Notes under the pieces: model-generated
Told to the model about the DNA's origin: nothing
Database searches by the model: none
What the model saw: only the letters and a program-made list of their open reading frames with translations
Shown: in pieces, positions 1 through 10,027 of the stretch
How positions within the stretch are numbered: position 1 is the first letter of the stretch
How the letters are laid out: every line of letters starts with the position of its first letter
Assembly: GCA_028284325.1 (NCBI GenBank)
Contig: JANQRX010000011.1
Location: forward strand, 11,792 to 75,791
DNA from: Bauldia sp.
Lineage (GTDB): Bacteria; Pseudomonadota; Alphaproteobacteria; Rhizobiales; Kaistiaceae
Length of the DNA: 64,000 bases
Direction: 5' to 3'
Program-made: the position numbers and the translations under genes

Positions 1-649
1 CGCCGGGGTAGTAGAACCGCGTGTAGACCTCGTCGGACACGAGCCACAGGCCGTGCTTCTCGCAGAAGGCGACAATGGCGTCGATCTCGTCGGCGGTCGC
101 GGTCCAGCCGGTGGGGTTGGCCGGTGTGTTGACGTAGATGACGCGCGTGCGCGGCCCGACCGCGTCGAAGACCCGGTCGAGGTCGAGGCGCCACCCGTCC
201 GGCGCGTAGGACATGGGCACCGGCACCACCGTCGCGCCGGCGATGCCCGCCGCCGCGAGGATGTTCGGCCATGCAGGCGTGGGCACCACGACCTCGTCGC
301 CGGCGCCGGCGGTCATGCGCATAGCGAGTTCGATGGCGTGCATGCCGGAAGCGGTGACGAAGAAGCGGTCGGCAGCGAAGCTCCGTCCGTGGAGACGGGT
401 GTGGTAGCGCGCCAGCGCCTCCCGCAGCTCCGGAATCCCCAGTTGCTGGGTGTAGAACGTCTCGCCGGCGCGCATCGATCTTTCCGCGGCCTCGACGATG
501 AAGTCCGGCGTCGGCGTGTCGCCTTCGCCCACCCACAGCCGCACCACGTCGTCGCGCCCGCGACCATGGGCAATGACATCGTAGATGCCGCTGTTCGGCG
601 CGCGCACCGCTTCGTCGCGCAGCGCGCCCAGGAGCGATCCCTCGGCCAT
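1..649 (-). CDS. PLP-dependent aminotransferase (class I/II), 3' end cut by window edge
   Basis: My own minus-strand translation from the ATG at 649-647 gives MAEGSLLGALRDEAVRAPNSGIYDV...VIYVNTPANPTGW...KHGLWLVSDEVYTRFYYPG. It stays in frame to position 1. It is absent from the ORF track because it runs off the window. Confidence 0.8.
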   Translation of the reverse strand, partial: MAEGSLLGALRDEAVRAPNSGIYDVIAHGRGRDDVVRLWVGEGDTPTPDFIVEAAERSMRAGETFYTQQLGIPELREALARYHTRLHGRSFAADRFFVTASGMHAIELAMRMTAGAGDEVVVPTPAWPNILAAAGIAGATVVPVPMSYAPDGWRLDLDRVFDAVGPRTRVIYVNTPANPTGWTATADEIDAIVAFCEKHGLWLVSDEVYTRFYYPG

Positions 650-677
650 GCCGACCCTCCCTGTCCCGACGCGTGTC

Positions 678-1091
678 CTAGCTCTTGGCGAGCAGGTCGC
701 GGATTTCGGTGAGCAGCTTCTCCTCGGCGCTCGGCTCCGGCGGCGCGGGCGGCGCCTCTTCCTGCTCGCGCCGCATCCGGTTCATGGCCTTGACCAGCAG
801 GAACAGCACCCAGGCCACGATCAGGAAGTTGATCGTCAGGGTGATGAAGTTGCCGTAGGCGACCGTGGCGCCGGCTTCGCGGGCTGCGTCGAGCGTGGTC
901 TGCGGTTCGCCGGACAGCTGGACGAAGAGCTGGGTGAAGTCGGTGCCGCCGGTCAGCAGGCCGACGAAGGGCATGATGATGTCGTTGACGACCGATTTCA
1001 CCAGCGCACCGAAGGCGGTTCCGATAATAATGCCGATGGCCAGATCGACCATGTTGCCCTTCAATGCGAACTCGCGAAATTCCTTGAGCAT
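678..1091 (-). CDS. mscL: large-conductance mechanosensitive channel MscL
   Basis: 137 aa. N-terminus [24 protein letters not shown] is the canonical MscL signature. Two TM segments and a charged C-terminal helix. Confidence 0.95.
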   Translation of the reverse strand: MLKEFREFALKGNMVDLAIGIIIGTAFGALVKSVVNDIIMPFVGLLTGGTDFTQLFVQLSGEPQTTLDAAREAGATVAYGNFITLTINFLIVAWVLFLLVKAMNRMRREQEEAPPAPPEPSAEEKLLTEIRDLLAKS

Positions 1092-1306
1092 GGTGTCCCT
1101 CCTCTCCCCGTTGACCCTCGCGCCGTTGATCGTTTCGCACCGTCCGGTCGCGAACCGGCGGCCGGTGGGTCGTCCGCCCGATTCGGACGGTGGCCCGTCA
1201 GTCTTGCCGGAGCAGCGCGGGGCCGCAAGCCGGCGCTTTGCGTGTCCGGTCGAAAGTGCGAGTCTTGCCGTCGCGCAAATTGATTCGGCACTGCGGCGGG
1301 CCGAGG

Positions 1307-1552
1307 ATGAGCGACGACCGACAGACCCAGTGGTGGCAGAAGTCCGAACTTCTCACCGGGACATCCCTGGTGGCGCTGCTGTTCGTCGTCCTGATCCCGC
1401 TCACGGTGCGGGTCGAGAGCCTCGCCTTCGGCGTGCCACTCGGCTACTTCCTGGCGGTCATCGTGGTGCCGGTAGCGATTGCCGGATCCATCTTTGCGAT
1501 CGCCGGCCGGCAGGAGCGCATGGAGCGCCGCCGCCGCGCGCCGGGGGAGTGA
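1307..1552 (+). CDS. DUF4212-type small membrane subunit of a sodium:solute symporter
   Basis: ATG at 1307 inside ORF 1190..1552. About 81 aa with two TM segments, lying 15 nt upstream of the SSS permease. This pairing is typical of the DUF4212/VC_2705-type pair. Confidence 0.65.
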   Translation: MSDDRQTQWWQKSELLTGTSLVALLFVVLIPLTVRVESLAFGVPLGYFLAVIVVPVAIAGSIFAIAGRQERMERRRRAPGE

Positions 1553-1567
1553 CGAACCGGCAGGACG

Positions 1568-3409
1568 GTGGCCATGGCCGGGCATAGCCGGCGCATCGAT
1601 GCCAACCGATCGGTCGGCGTCTACGGGGCCGTCTTCCTGCTCGCGCTGGTCGTGCTGGCGCTCCTGGGCCATTTCGGACTTCCCGACACCGCGATTGCCA
1701 CCGCGCTGATCGCGGTCATGCTGGTGTCGCTGGTGGTGGCGGCCTTCGGCGCGCGGACCATGAGCGCGTCCGCCTTCTTCGTCGTCGGCCGCAACCTGTC
1801 GGCGCCGGTCAACGGCGTGGCCATCGCCGCGGCCTTCATGTCGGGCGGCGTCTATCTCGGCCTCGCCGGCGCTTTCGCCGCCGACGGCGTCGGCGCGGTC
1901 GCGCTGACCGTCGGGTGGTCGGCGGGCTTCCTGCTGATGGCCGTCCTCATCGCCCCCTTCTTCCGCCGATCCGGCGCCTACGGCCTCGCCGGCCTCCTCG
2001 CCATCCGCTATGGCGGCCGGATCGTCCGGCTGACCGCCGTCATGGTGATGACCATCGCTCTGATGTGCGCGCTCGCCGGCGCTTTCGGCGCCGCCGCGCT
2101 GGTGGGCGAGATCGGCTTCGGATGGGCCCCGGCGACGTCGGTGACCGTCCTTGCGGTCGTGACCGCGCTGATCGTGCTGCCCGGCGGAATGCGATCGACA
2201 ACCGCGGCGGCGCTGCTCCAGTATCTGACGCTGACGATCGCGCTGCTCGCGCCGGCGGTCCTGATTTCGGCGTCACGGTCCGCCGGCCCCCTGCCCCATC
2301 TCGGCTTCGGCTTCGCCGCCCAGCAGGCCGATGCGATCGCCGCGACGCTCGGCAGCGACATTGCCGCACCATCGATCGGCCCCATGCTCGCGGCCGTGCC
2401 CTCCGGCGTGATCGACTTTGCGCTGACGGTCCTGGCGCTGGCTGCCGCGGTCGCGAGTCTGCCCCACCTCCTCAATCGCGCCGCCACCGTACCCGACGGC
2501 GATCTCGCACGGCGCAGCATCGGCTGGGGGCTGGTATTCATCCTCGCGGTGATCCTGGTGGCGCCGGCCTATGCCGCCTTCGCGCGCCTCGGCCTCCTGG
2601 CCGACCTCACCGGCACCCGCCTGCTCGACCTCCCGGCCTGGCTGATCGACCTCGGCCGGCAGGGGCTGGTGGACGTCTGCGGTCGGCCGCTGCTGAGTCA
2701 CGGCGCCGTCTTCTCCGCCTGTCCCCTGCCCGACGGCGGGGCCACGGTGCTCCGCGCCGGCGACATCGCACTCTCCACCGACGTGTTCGTGCTGGGCTGG
2801 CCGGCCGTTCTCGGCCTGCCGCCAGTCGCGACGGCGCTGATCGCGGTCGGGGCGCTGGCCGCGCTTTCCGGCGTCGCCGGCATGCTGGCGATCACCGTTG
2901 CCAACGGGCTCGGCCACGACCTCTACGGGCGCATCCTGGCGCCGCGGGCTTCGGCCGGACGACGCCTGATCGCAACGCGGATCGCCGTCGTCGTGGCCCT
3001 GGCGACGGCCGCGTGGATCGTCCTGCCGGATCCTGCCGACGCGCGCGGCCTGGCGACCTGGTCGCTCGCGATCAGCGCCGGCGGGCTCGCCCCGGCAACG
3101 GTCCTCGGCATCTGGTGGCAGCGCGCCAACGTCATCGGCGCCGTCGCCGGGATGATCGCCGGCGCCGCGCTCGCCCTCATGATGCTGATGCAGACCTACG
3201 GCTTCGGCGCGCCGGCGATGTGGCCGCTGGACGTCACCGCCTACGGCCTGTCGCCCTTCACCATCGGCTTCTTCGCGGCCGCGATCGGAAGCGGCGTGGT
3301 GGCCGCCGTCAGTGCCGTGAGCCCGCCGCCGTCGCTGGCTCGCCTCGCGGTGCTCGACGCCATCCGGCAGCCGGACGCGACCCTGCCGCTGATCGACGAG
3401 CAGGACTGA
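1568..3409 (+). CDS. sodium:solute symporter family permease (cation/acetate symporter-like)
   Basis: 613 aa, polytopic and very hydrophobic with Gly/Ala-rich TM helices. Follows the small DUF4212-like gene. Start is GTG 1568 or ATG 1574. Confidence 0.8.
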   Translation: MAMAGHSRRIDANRSVGVYGAVFLLALVVLALLGHFGLPDTAIATALIAVMLVSLVVAAFGARTMSASAFFVVGRNLSAPVNGVAIAAAFMSGGVYLGLAGAFAADGVGAVALTVGWSAGFLLMAVLIAPFFRRSGAYGLAGLLAIRYGGRIVRLTAVMVMTIALMCALAGAFGAAALVGEIGFGWAPATSVTVLAVVTALIVLPGGMRSTTAAALLQYLTLTIALLAPAVLISASRSAGPLPHLGFGFAAQQADAIAATLGSDIAAPSIGPMLAAVPSGVIDFALTVLALAAAVASLPHLLNRAATVPDGDLARRSIGWGLVFILAVILVAPAYAAFARLGLLADLTGTRLLDLPAWLIDLGRQGLVDVCGRPLLSHGAVFSACPLPDGGATVLRAGDIALSTDVFVLGWPAVLGLPPVATALIAVGALAALSGVAGMLAITVANGLGHDLYGRILAPRASAGRRLIATRIAVVVALATAAWIVLPDPADARGLATWSLAISAGGLAPATVLGIWWQRANVIGAVAGMIAGAALALMMLMQTYGFGAPAMWPLDVTAYGLSPFTIGFFAAAIGSGVVAAVSAVSPPPSLARLAVLDAIRQPDATLPLIDEQD

Positions 3410-3417
3410 CGCCGTCG

Positions 3418-4377
3418 ATGACCGAAGCCCGCCTCTATCCGGCGCCCACACCGTACGCGACCCATCGGCTTCGCGTCTCCGATCTGCACGAACTCCACGT
3501 CGAGGAGTGCGGCCGCCCGGACGGCAAGCCGGTCGTCATCCTCCACGGCGGACCGGGCGCCGGCATCAGCGCGCCGATGCGCCGTTTCCACGATCCGGAC
3601 GCCTATCGGCTCATCCTGTTCGACCAGCGTGGCTGCGGGCGCTCGACCCCGCATGCGGAGCTGCGCGAGAACACCACTGCCGATCTCGTCGCCGACATGG
3701 AGGTGATCCGCCGCCATCTCGGCATCGAGCGCTGGCAGGTGTTCGGCGGCTCGTGGGGCGCGTGCCTGGGGCTCGCCTACGCCGAGGCGCATCCCGACCG
3801 CGTGAGCGAACTCGTCGTGCGCGGCACCTTCATGATGCGGCGCCGGGAACTGCACTGGTTCTATCAGCACGGCGCGTCCGAGATCATGCCGGAGGCGTTC
3901 GAACGTTTCGTTGCGCCCATCCCGGAGGCGGAGCGCGGCGACCTGATGTCGGCCTATCACCGCAGACTGACGGGCGAGGACCGCGATGCGATGCATCGCT
4001 GCGCCACGGCGTGGACGATCTGGGAGGCGGAGACCATCTCGCTCCTGCCCGATCCGGCCCGCGTGGCGGCGTGGAGCGACCCCGACTACGCGCTCGCCTT
4101 TGCCCGGATCGAGAACCACTACTTCATGCATGGCGGCTTTCTCGACCGCGACGACCAGTTGCTCGCCGGCGCGGCGGCGCTGGCCGACATCCCCGGCGTG
4201 ATCATCCACGGGCGCTACGACCTCTGCACGCCGCTCGCCAACGCCTGGGACCTCCACCGGGCGTGGCCGCGGGCGGAGCTGCGGATCGTCGATGACGCGG
4301 GCCATGCCATGACCGAACCTGGCATCGCGCGCGAGCTGCGCCGCGCCACCGATCTCTACCGGGACCAGGCTGTCTAG
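3418..4377 (+). CDS. pip: prolyl aminopeptidase (proline iminopeptidase)
   Basis: ATG at 3418 within ORF 1915..4377. Motifs HGGPG and FGGSWG (alpha/beta-hydrolase nucleophile elbow) and the typical Pip N-terminus LYPAPTPY. 319 aa. Confidence 0.9.
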   Translation: MTEARLYPAPTPYATHRLRVSDLHELHVEECGRPDGKPVVILHGGPGAGISAPMRRFHDPDAYRLILFDQRGCGRSTPHAELRENTTADLVADMEVIRRHLGIERWQVFGGSWGACLGLAYAEAHPDRVSELVVRGTFMMRRRELHWFYQHGASEIMPEAFERFVAPIPEAERGDLMSAYHRRLTGEDRDAMHRCATAWTIWEAETISLLPDPARVAAWSDPDYALAFARIENHYFMHGGFLDRDDQLLAGAAALADIPGVIIHGRYDLCTPLANAWDLHRAWPRAELRIVDDAGHAMTEPGIARELRRATDLYRDQAV

Positions 4378-4829
4378 GACTCGCGGGGCCGCAGGCCGCG
4401 CACCAGCGTGCGGAACCGTTCCATCACCTCGACGGCGAAACCACGCCGCGTCTCGGCGGCCGCGGTCTCGGCCGGCGCTACCGCCTGACCTGCCTCGGGT
4501 CGCGGTTGGCCGACCACCGCCTCGGCGAGGGCCTCCACGCGCTGGCGTAGTTCTTCGAGGGCGTCCTCGACGGCGTCGAGCCGGACTTCGGCGGGCGCGC
4601 CGACGTCGGGTATCGGCTCGCAGAACCACCTGCCGTCGCGCCGGCTGCAATGGGACACCGCGCCGGTGCGGGTATCCATGCGCACGAAGCCGGTTTCGCT
4701 GGGGGCGATGTTGAAACGACCGGGCGCGGCATCCTGGGCGGCAGCCGGCCCGGCAACGCCCAGAAGCACGGCCGTCGCGACAACGCGACACGCGGCCGTG
4801 GCCGTCCGCTTCCCGTAACGCAACACCAT
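4374..4829 (-). CDS. hypothetical secreted protein
   Basis: 151 aa. Signal-peptide-like N-terminus ending AAAQD, two Cys, and an Ala/Glu-rich C-terminal helix. No family recognised. Confidence 0.5.
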   Translation of the reverse strand: MVLRYGKRTATAACRVVATAVLLGVAGPAAAQDAAPGRFNIAPSETGFVRMDTRTGAVSHCSRRDGRWFCEPIPDVGAPAEVRLDAVEDALEELRQRVEALAEAVVGQPRPEAGQAVAPAETAAAETRRGFAVEVMERFRTLVRGLRPRES

Positions 4830-4915
4830 CCCGGCAGTTTACCACAACCGGCGCGGTTTGCCCGCGAGGGGTCGTGCGTCTAGGTTTTGAGAGAGGGGGT
4901 GGGGAGTCGTCCGAC

Positions 4916-5257
4916 GTGAGTCTCGTCTACAAGATCTGTCCGCGCGCGGTGTGGCAGGCGGCGATGACCGCCGGCCGCTACGACGGTTCCGACGACGACC
5001 GGCGCGACGGCTTCATCCATCTCTCGACCGCCGATCAGGTGCCGGGGACGCTGGCGGACCATTTCGCCGGCGAGCGCGATCTGGTCGTCGTGGCCTATGC
5101 GGCGGACGATCTCGGCGCCGCGCTCAGGTTCGAACCGTCGCGCGGGGGCGCGCTGTTTCCCCACCAGTACGGCCCCTTGCCGACCGCCAAGGCACTGTGG
5201 GTGCGCGCTATCGGCGACGACACCGGTAGCGGCCACATCCTGCCGGCGCTTGCATGA
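4916..5257 (+). CDS. DUF952 domain protein
   Basis: GTG at 4916, preceded by a GGGGTGGGGAG purine tract. Motifs YKI...W, DGFIHLST and LFPHQYGPL match my memory of the DUF952 family. Confidence 0.7.
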   Translation: MSLVYKICPRAVWQAAMTAGRYDGSDDDRRDGFIHLSTADQVPGTLADHFAGERDLVVVAYAADDLGAALRFEPSRGGALFPHQYGPLPTAKALWVRAIGDDTGSGHILPALA

Positions 5258-5270
5258 CGGGGCGCGGCGC

Positions 5271-6335
5271 GTGAGCCTTTACGGACGCTTCGCCCGGCCG
5301 CTGCTGTTCGCGCTGGAACCGGAGAAGGCGCACCGGGCGGCGATCGCAGCCCTCCGCGCCGGCATCACCCCCCGCGCGCCGGCGCCGGACCCGCGGCTTG
5401 AACGGTCCATCCTCGGCCTCACCTTTCCGTCGCCGATCGGCATGGCGGCCGGCTTCGACAAGGACGCCGAGGTGCCGGACGCTACGCTCGCGCTCGGCTT
5501 CGGCTTCGTCGAGGTGGGCACGGTGACCCCGCGCCCGCAGGCCGGTAATCCGCGGCCGCGGCAGTTCCGCCTCCGTGACGACCGGGCGATCATCAACCGT
5601 ATGGGCTTCAACAATGCCGGGTTCGATGCGGTCCTGCAGCGGCTCGAAGCGCGGCGGCAGGCAGGCATCGTCGGCGTCAACATCGGCGCCAACAAGGACA
5701 GCGCCGACCGCATCGCCGACTATGCGGCCGGCGTCGCCCGCTTTGCGCCGGTCGCCGACTATCTGACGGTCAACATCTCGTCGCCCAACACGCCGGGGCT
5801 GCGCGACCTGCAAGCCGGCGACCGCCTCGACGCGCTCCTGTCGGCGGTCACGGAAGCCCGCGCCGCCGCCGACCGCCGCGTGCCGCTGCTGGTCAAGGTC
5901 GCCCCCGACCTCGAGGCCGGCGAGGTGCTGAACCTGGTCGCGACGGTGGTGCGTCACGGCATTGACGGCATGATCGTCGCCAACACGACGCTCGACCGTA
6001 CCGGTCTTTCGGACAGGCGGGCACGGGAAGACGGCGGGCTCTCAGGCCAACCGCTGTTTGTGCGTTCCACGCGGTTGCTGGCGCGTGTCCGCCGCCTCGC
6101 CGGCGACCGGCTGGTGCTGATCGGCGCGGGCGGCGTCGATTCGGCGGACACGTCCTGGGACAAGCTCGCCGCCGGCGCCGATCTGGTGCAGCTCTACACC
6201 GGCCTCGTCTACGAGGGGCCGACCCTGCCGGCGCGGATCAACGCCGGACTCGCGGCCCGGCTTGACGAGGAAGGCTACGACTCCATCGCCGATGTCGTGG
6301 GCACGCGCACCGACGCCTGGCAGACGGACAATTAG
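5271..6335 (+). CDS. pyrD: dihydroorotate dehydrogenase (quinone), class 2
   Basis: GTG at 5271 within ORF 5097..6335. Motifs GFVEVGTVTPRPQAGNPRPR, NISSPNTPGLR and GGLSG. Confidence 0.9.
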   Translation: MSLYGRFARPLLFALEPEKAHRAAIAALRAGITPRAPAPDPRLERSILGLTFPSPIGMAAGFDKDAEVPDATLALGFGFVEVGTVTPRPQAGNPRPRQFRLRDDRAIINRMGFNNAGFDAVLQRLEARRQAGIVGVNIGANKDSADRIADYAAGVARFAPVADYLTVNISSPNTPGLRDLQAGDRLDALLSAVTEARAAADRRVPLLVKVAPDLEAGEVLNLVATVVRHGIDGMIVANTTLDRTGLSDRRAREDGGLSGQPLFVRSTRLLARVRRLAGDRLVLIGAGGVDSADTSWDKLAAGADLVQLYTGLVYEGPTLPARINAGLAARLDEEGYDSIADVVGTRTDAWQTDN

Positions 6336-6607
6336 TACTGCGGACCGCCGCGGCCGAGGTTGAGGATTCTGAGCACCAGCCACACGGGCACGACGATCAC
6401 GGCGCCGAGCAGCAGGTAGCGCCACATCCATTCGAAGGCGCCGAAGCCGAGATTGTAGATTCGCTCCAGGAGCTCGGTGAACGAGGCCACCAGGTCGTAG
6501 GGCGACAGACCAAGGGCGCTGAGGACCACGCCGACCACGAAGGAGATGATCACCAGACGCAGGAAGATCGTCAGCGGCGGGCCGCCGAGAAAACGGTTGA
6601 GCGTCAT
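6332..6607 (-). CDS. small integral membrane protein (2 TM), function unknown
   Basis: ATG at 6607 (MTLNRFLGGPP...). 91 aa with two hydrophobic helices. Convergent 4-nt overlap with the pyrD stop. Confidence 0.55.
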   Translation of the reverse strand: MTLNRFLGGPPLTIFLRLVIISFVVGVVLSALGLSPYDLVASFTELLERIYNLGFGAFEWMWRYLLLGAVIVVPVWLVLRILNLGRGGPQY

Positions 6608-6746
6608 GACTTTCGCACCTCGCTGCGGGTGGCGGATGGTCGGCCTCTTATATGGCGAGAAAAAGCGACCGTCCAATGGCCGGATTGTCGCTCATCCGGC
6701 GACTCGATTCGCTGTGCTAGACTTGAGCTGGCTCGAAAGGACGACC

Positions 6747-7055
6747 ATGAACAAAGTCCCGGACGACAAGCGCGTTGACGAACTCTACGAGAAGCTTCAC
6801 GGCGAGCATCGCCCAAGGGGGGCGTGGGACAGAGAAGGCCGCCATGAAGCTCAGCAAATAGTCTATATCGAAGATAGCTGCCGCAGCGTCCTCGCGGTCA
6901 TCGAGAAGATGCGCATGCGCGACATCTACGACGATAGCGATGATGCCCCGCTCCCATCTGACCTTATCGATGAGCTGAAGTCCGAAATACACTTCCTGAA
7001 AACCGTAATTGGGGACAAGAAGTTCCTTCGCTCGCTGGACTTCGCGAACCGCTAG
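6747..7055 (+). CDS. hypothetical acidic protein, 102 aa, in a low-GC patch
   Basis: ATG at 6747. Third-codon positions are mostly G/C on this strand, which favours it over the overlapping minus ORF 6717..7091. No family recognised. Confidence 0.45.
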   Translation: MNKVPDDKRVDELYEKLHGEHRPRGAWDREGRHEAQQIVYIEDSCRSVLAVIEKMRMRDIYDDSDDAPLPSDLIDELKSEIHFLKTVIGDKKFLRSLDFANR

Positions 7056-7188
7056 GTCGTCCTGCTCCTCGCCTTGTGAAAAAGGCGCCACTCATGCGGC
7101 TTGCCGCTGCACCCCGGCTCGGATAGCCTGCAGCCCAATTCGCAGTCGTTCTCCGTGCTAGTTGGCGTAGCGCAGAATCATTGCGAAC

Positions 7189-7263
7189 GCGGGTGTAGTT
7201 CAGTGGTAGAACGACAGCTTCCCAAGCTGTATGTCGTCGGTTCGATTCCGATCACCCGCTCCA
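7189..7263 (+). tRNA. tRNA-Gly (anticodon CCC)
   Basis: Folded by hand. Acceptor GCGGGTG/CACCCGC, D-arm GTTC-AGTGGTA-GAAC, anticodon arm ACAGC-TTCCCAA-GCTGT, T-arm GTCGG-TTCGATT-CCGAT, encoded CCA. 75 nt. Confidence 0.93.
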
Positions 7264-7346
7264 GCCTTCACCGCACGGGCGCCTCAAGACGTTGATTGTT
7301 CCAGCTTCGCACTGCCCCATCGGGCTGGGCCAACTGTGCGAACCGA

Positions 7347-8084
7347 CTACGTGCTCCCGGACATGTTCGACGCGGTGATGGCCGCCAAGGTCGAGCCGAT
7401 CCTGTCCACCTCACCGGAACCACTGGCGAACAGAACGGTCGATATGGCCGCATCCAGCCTCTGATTGGCGCGCCTGAAGGGAACCGCGACCTCCAGCGTA
7501 CGGTCGTGATCGTCACCGCCAAAGAGGGCATAACCGGCCTTTCGCTGACGGGTCAGGCGCTCGTCGAGTTCACGCTGTTTCACGTCATCCAGGCCCTCGA
7601 CCAGCAGGTCGACCTCGTAGCGCGGCATGGCGCCGATCATCGCCACACCGGGAGCGGTGTCCCACAGATTCATCCTGCTCCCGATCGGCGACGACATGGT
7701 GACCCGGTCGCCCGACGCCACATTGAACACCGTGACGGCGAAGTTGCCCGAGCGGACGGACAGGAGTGATGAGTGGCCGGTTTCCTTGACGATCCGCGCC
7801 ATCAAGGGCGCCGATGATTCGATCAGATGCTGTGTCGACGGCGCGTCCGACGCTATGCGAAAGAGCTTGTCGCCGAGCACCACCTTCTCCTGGTCGCCCA
7901 CGCGCACAACATAGCCGCGTTCGACCAGCCGGTTGAGGACGCGATAAAGCTCGCCCCGCGTCCGCCCCAGCGCGCGCGAAATATCGTAGATCGAAAGCGG
8001 ATCGTCAGACGCCGCCATCAACTCGAGAACGTCCAGCCCCTTGTCGAGCGCGGGCGCGTTCGATTTCCTGCTAGCTTCCGTCAT
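7347..8084 (-). CDS. IclR family transcriptional regulator
   Basis: ATG at 8084 (MTEASRKSNAPALDKGLDVLELM...). N-terminal wHTH DISRALGRTRGELYRVLNRLVERGYV plus a C-terminal IclR effector-domain-like region. Confidence 0.85.
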   Translation of the reverse strand: MTEASRKSNAPALDKGLDVLELMAASDDPLSIYDISRALGRTRGELYRVLNRLVERGYVVRVGDQEKVVLGDKLFRIASDAPSTQHLIESSAPLMARIVKETGHSSLLSVRSGNFAVTVFNVASGDRVTMSSPIGSRMNLWDTAPGVAMIGAMPRYEVDLLVEGLDDVKQRELDERLTRQRKAGYALFGGDDHDRTLEVAVPFRRANQRLDAAISTVLFASGSGEVDRIGSTLAAITASNMSGST

Positions 8085-8214
8085 GCCTATCTCTTTATCA
8101 AAACGCCATCGCCGCGCGACCTTCTGGCCAACCATATGCGGCGGCGGATGTACCCGCCATTGCGTCGCGTCGGGAGCGGTGGCCCGGCATCAACCGGTGT
8201 CGATAGCACACACG

Positions 8215-9078
8215 CTAACCATATGCCTTCGAGAGCGAAGGTTCGCCCCCCGGAGGCTGCAGTTCGGCCCACCGCTGGCCGACCCGCGGAATGGAATCGA
8301 TCAGGAGCCGCGTATAGGGGTGAGACGGGTTTGCGAAGACGTCGCGCGGCACGCCGTGCTCGACGAGCACGCCCTTCTGCATGATCACGAGATCATCCGC
8401 CAGATAGTACGCCGTCGAGAGATCGTGCGTGATGTACAGAAACGACACGCCCCGGGTCGTCTTGAGGTCGTTGAACAGATTGATGATGTTCATGCGCACC
8501 GAGGCGTCGACCATGCTCACCGGCTCGTCGGCGACGATCAGCTCCGGGTCCGAGATCAGCGCTCTGGCAACGGCGATGCGCTGCAGTTCGCCGCCGGAGA
8601 ACTGATGGATGTACTTGCCTGAAACGCGCTCCAGAGACAGGCCCACGTCGTGCAGGACGACCTCGACAGCCTTGTCGATCGACGCCTTGTCCTTGCAGCC
8701 CTTCAGGTTGATGGCCGTCCGGCGGAGGTAGAAGTCGACCGTGAGATAGTTGCTGAAGGCATCGAACGGGTTCTGGGAAATCGACTGAATCCGCCGGCGC
8801 AGCTGTTTGTGCGGCATGCCCCGGTGGCCTGGCTGGTGGATGGCATCACCGGCGAGTTCAATCGTCCCATTTTCGGGAACCTCAAGCCGCAACACGAGCT
8901 TCGCCAACGTCGTCTTGCCGCTTCCGGACTCCCCGACGACCGCCAGGATCGACGGCTCGCCCCGCATCTCAAGGCTGACATCGCGCACAGCATCGACCCG
9001 CAGGCGCGAAAACAGCCCACCCGGTCGGAAGGTCTTGCTGACACCGGTAACGCGCAGCAGCGGCCGGGCCTCAGGCAT
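8215..9078 (-). CDS. ABC transporter ATP-binding protein (oligopeptide/dipeptide DppF/OppF type)
   Basis: Walker A GESGSGKTT, signature FSGGELQR, Walker B LIVADEP. 8-nt overlap with the upstream ATPase gene. Confidence 0.9.
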   Translation of the reverse strand: MPEARPLLRVTGVSKTFRPGGLFSRLRVDAVRDVSLEMRGEPSILAVVGESGSGKTTLAKLVLRLEVPENGTIELAGDAIHQPGHRGMPHKQLRRRIQSISQNPFDAFSNYLTVDFYLRRTAINLKGCKDKASIDKAVEVVLHDVGLSLERVSGKYIHQFSGGELQRIAVARALISDPELIVADEPVSMVDASVRMNIINLFNDLKTTRGVSFLYITHDLSTAYYLADDLVIMQKGVLVEHGVPRDVFANPSHPYTRLLIDSIPRVGQRWAELQPPGGEPSLSKAYG

Positions 9079-10027
9079 TGTCGCCTCCCAGCGGGTGATG
9101 ACACGCGACCGTCATGTTGCCGAGATTGCGGGGCTCGGGATCCTCGTTCCGGCAACGGTCGGTCGCCGCCGGACAACGCGCGGCGAAACGGCAGCCGTCA
9201 GGCGGATCCCACAGATTCGGCGGACGCCCCGCCAGCCCCTTGCGCCGGCCGTGATCGCCGGCGCGCGGCAGGGCTTCGACCAAGGCGGCCGTGTAGGGGT
9301 GCCGCGGCTGCGCGAAAAGCTCCCGCGTCGGTCCGATCTCGACGATCTTGCCGGCGTAAGCGATCGCCAGCCGGTCGGTGATCTGGAAATGCACCCCGAG
9401 GTCATGGGACACCAGCACCAGGGCGTTGTTCTGTTCGCGCTGGATGCCGTGCAGCAGCAACAGGATTCGTTTCTGGACAACGACGTCGAGCGCCGAGGTC
9501 GGCTCGTCGGCGAGAATGAGGGCGGGGCGCGGGAAGGCGGCCATCCCGATCAGCACCCTCTGCAGCATCCCGCCGGACAGCTGGTGGGGGTAGGACCGGA
9601 AGACCGATGCCGGCAAGCCGAGGTGCTCAAAGAACTTCGTCAGCTCCTCCCGCCGGGACGCGGACGCCGCACGCCTTTTCCTGGAGGACGCCGAGTCCAG
9701 CACCTGGTCCTCGACGCGCATCACGGGATTAAGCGTGTTGAGGACCTGGGGGATGTACGTGATGCGATCCCACCAAAGGGATTTGACGTCATCCGGGCCA
9801 ATGGTTCCGTTGTCCGACTGCCATTCCGCGACGCCGTCGAACAGGTGCAGGCCGTTGCCGATCTGGCCATAGATCAGCTTGACCAGCGTGGTCTTGCCGC
9901 AGCCGGATTCGCCGGCGATGCCGAGTATCTCGTTGTCGCCGACGTCCAGCGAAACGCCGTCGACGGCGACCACGGTCGCGCCCGTACGCATCCGGTACCC
10001 TGCCCTGACATCGCGCAACCGGATCAT
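9071..10027 (-). CDS. ABC transporter ATP-binding protein (DppD/OppD type)
   Basis: ATG at 10027 (MIRLRDVRAGY...) inside ORF 9071..10876. Walker A GESGCGKTT, signature LSGGMLQR, and a C-terminal Cys-rich oligopeptide-type tail. ATGA overlap with the permease stop. Confidence 0.9.
   Translation of the reverse strand: MIRLRDVRAGYRMRTGATVVAVDGVSLDVGDNEILGIAGESGCGKTTLVKLIYGQIGNGLHLFDGVAEWQSDNGTIGPDDVKSLWWDRITYIPQVLNTLNPVMRVEDQVLDSASSRKRRAASASRREELTKFFEHLGLPASVFRSYPHQLSGGMLQRVLIGMAAFPRPALILADEPTSALDVVVQKRILLLLHGIQREQNNALVLVSHDLGVHFQITDRLAIAYAGKIVEIGPTRELFAQPRHPYTAALVEALPRAGDHGRRKGLAGRPPNLWDPPDGCRFAARCPAATDRCRNEDPEPRNLGNMTVACHHPLGGDNA

Noticed and set aside
1915-4377. An 820-aa ORF that appears to fuse a long Arg/Pro-rich N-terminus to the prolyl aminopeptidase
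   Set aside because: The first 500 codons overlap the sodium:solute symporter gene out of frame. They have the Arg/Pro/Gly-rich composition typical of non-coding frames in high-GC DNA. A proper ATG at 3418 gives a full-length Pip.
6717-7091. Minus-strand 124-aa ORF overlapping the orphan ORF 6747..7055
   Set aside because: Third-position G/C bias is clearly better in the plus frame. Only one of the two can be real, so I kept the plus one at low confidence.
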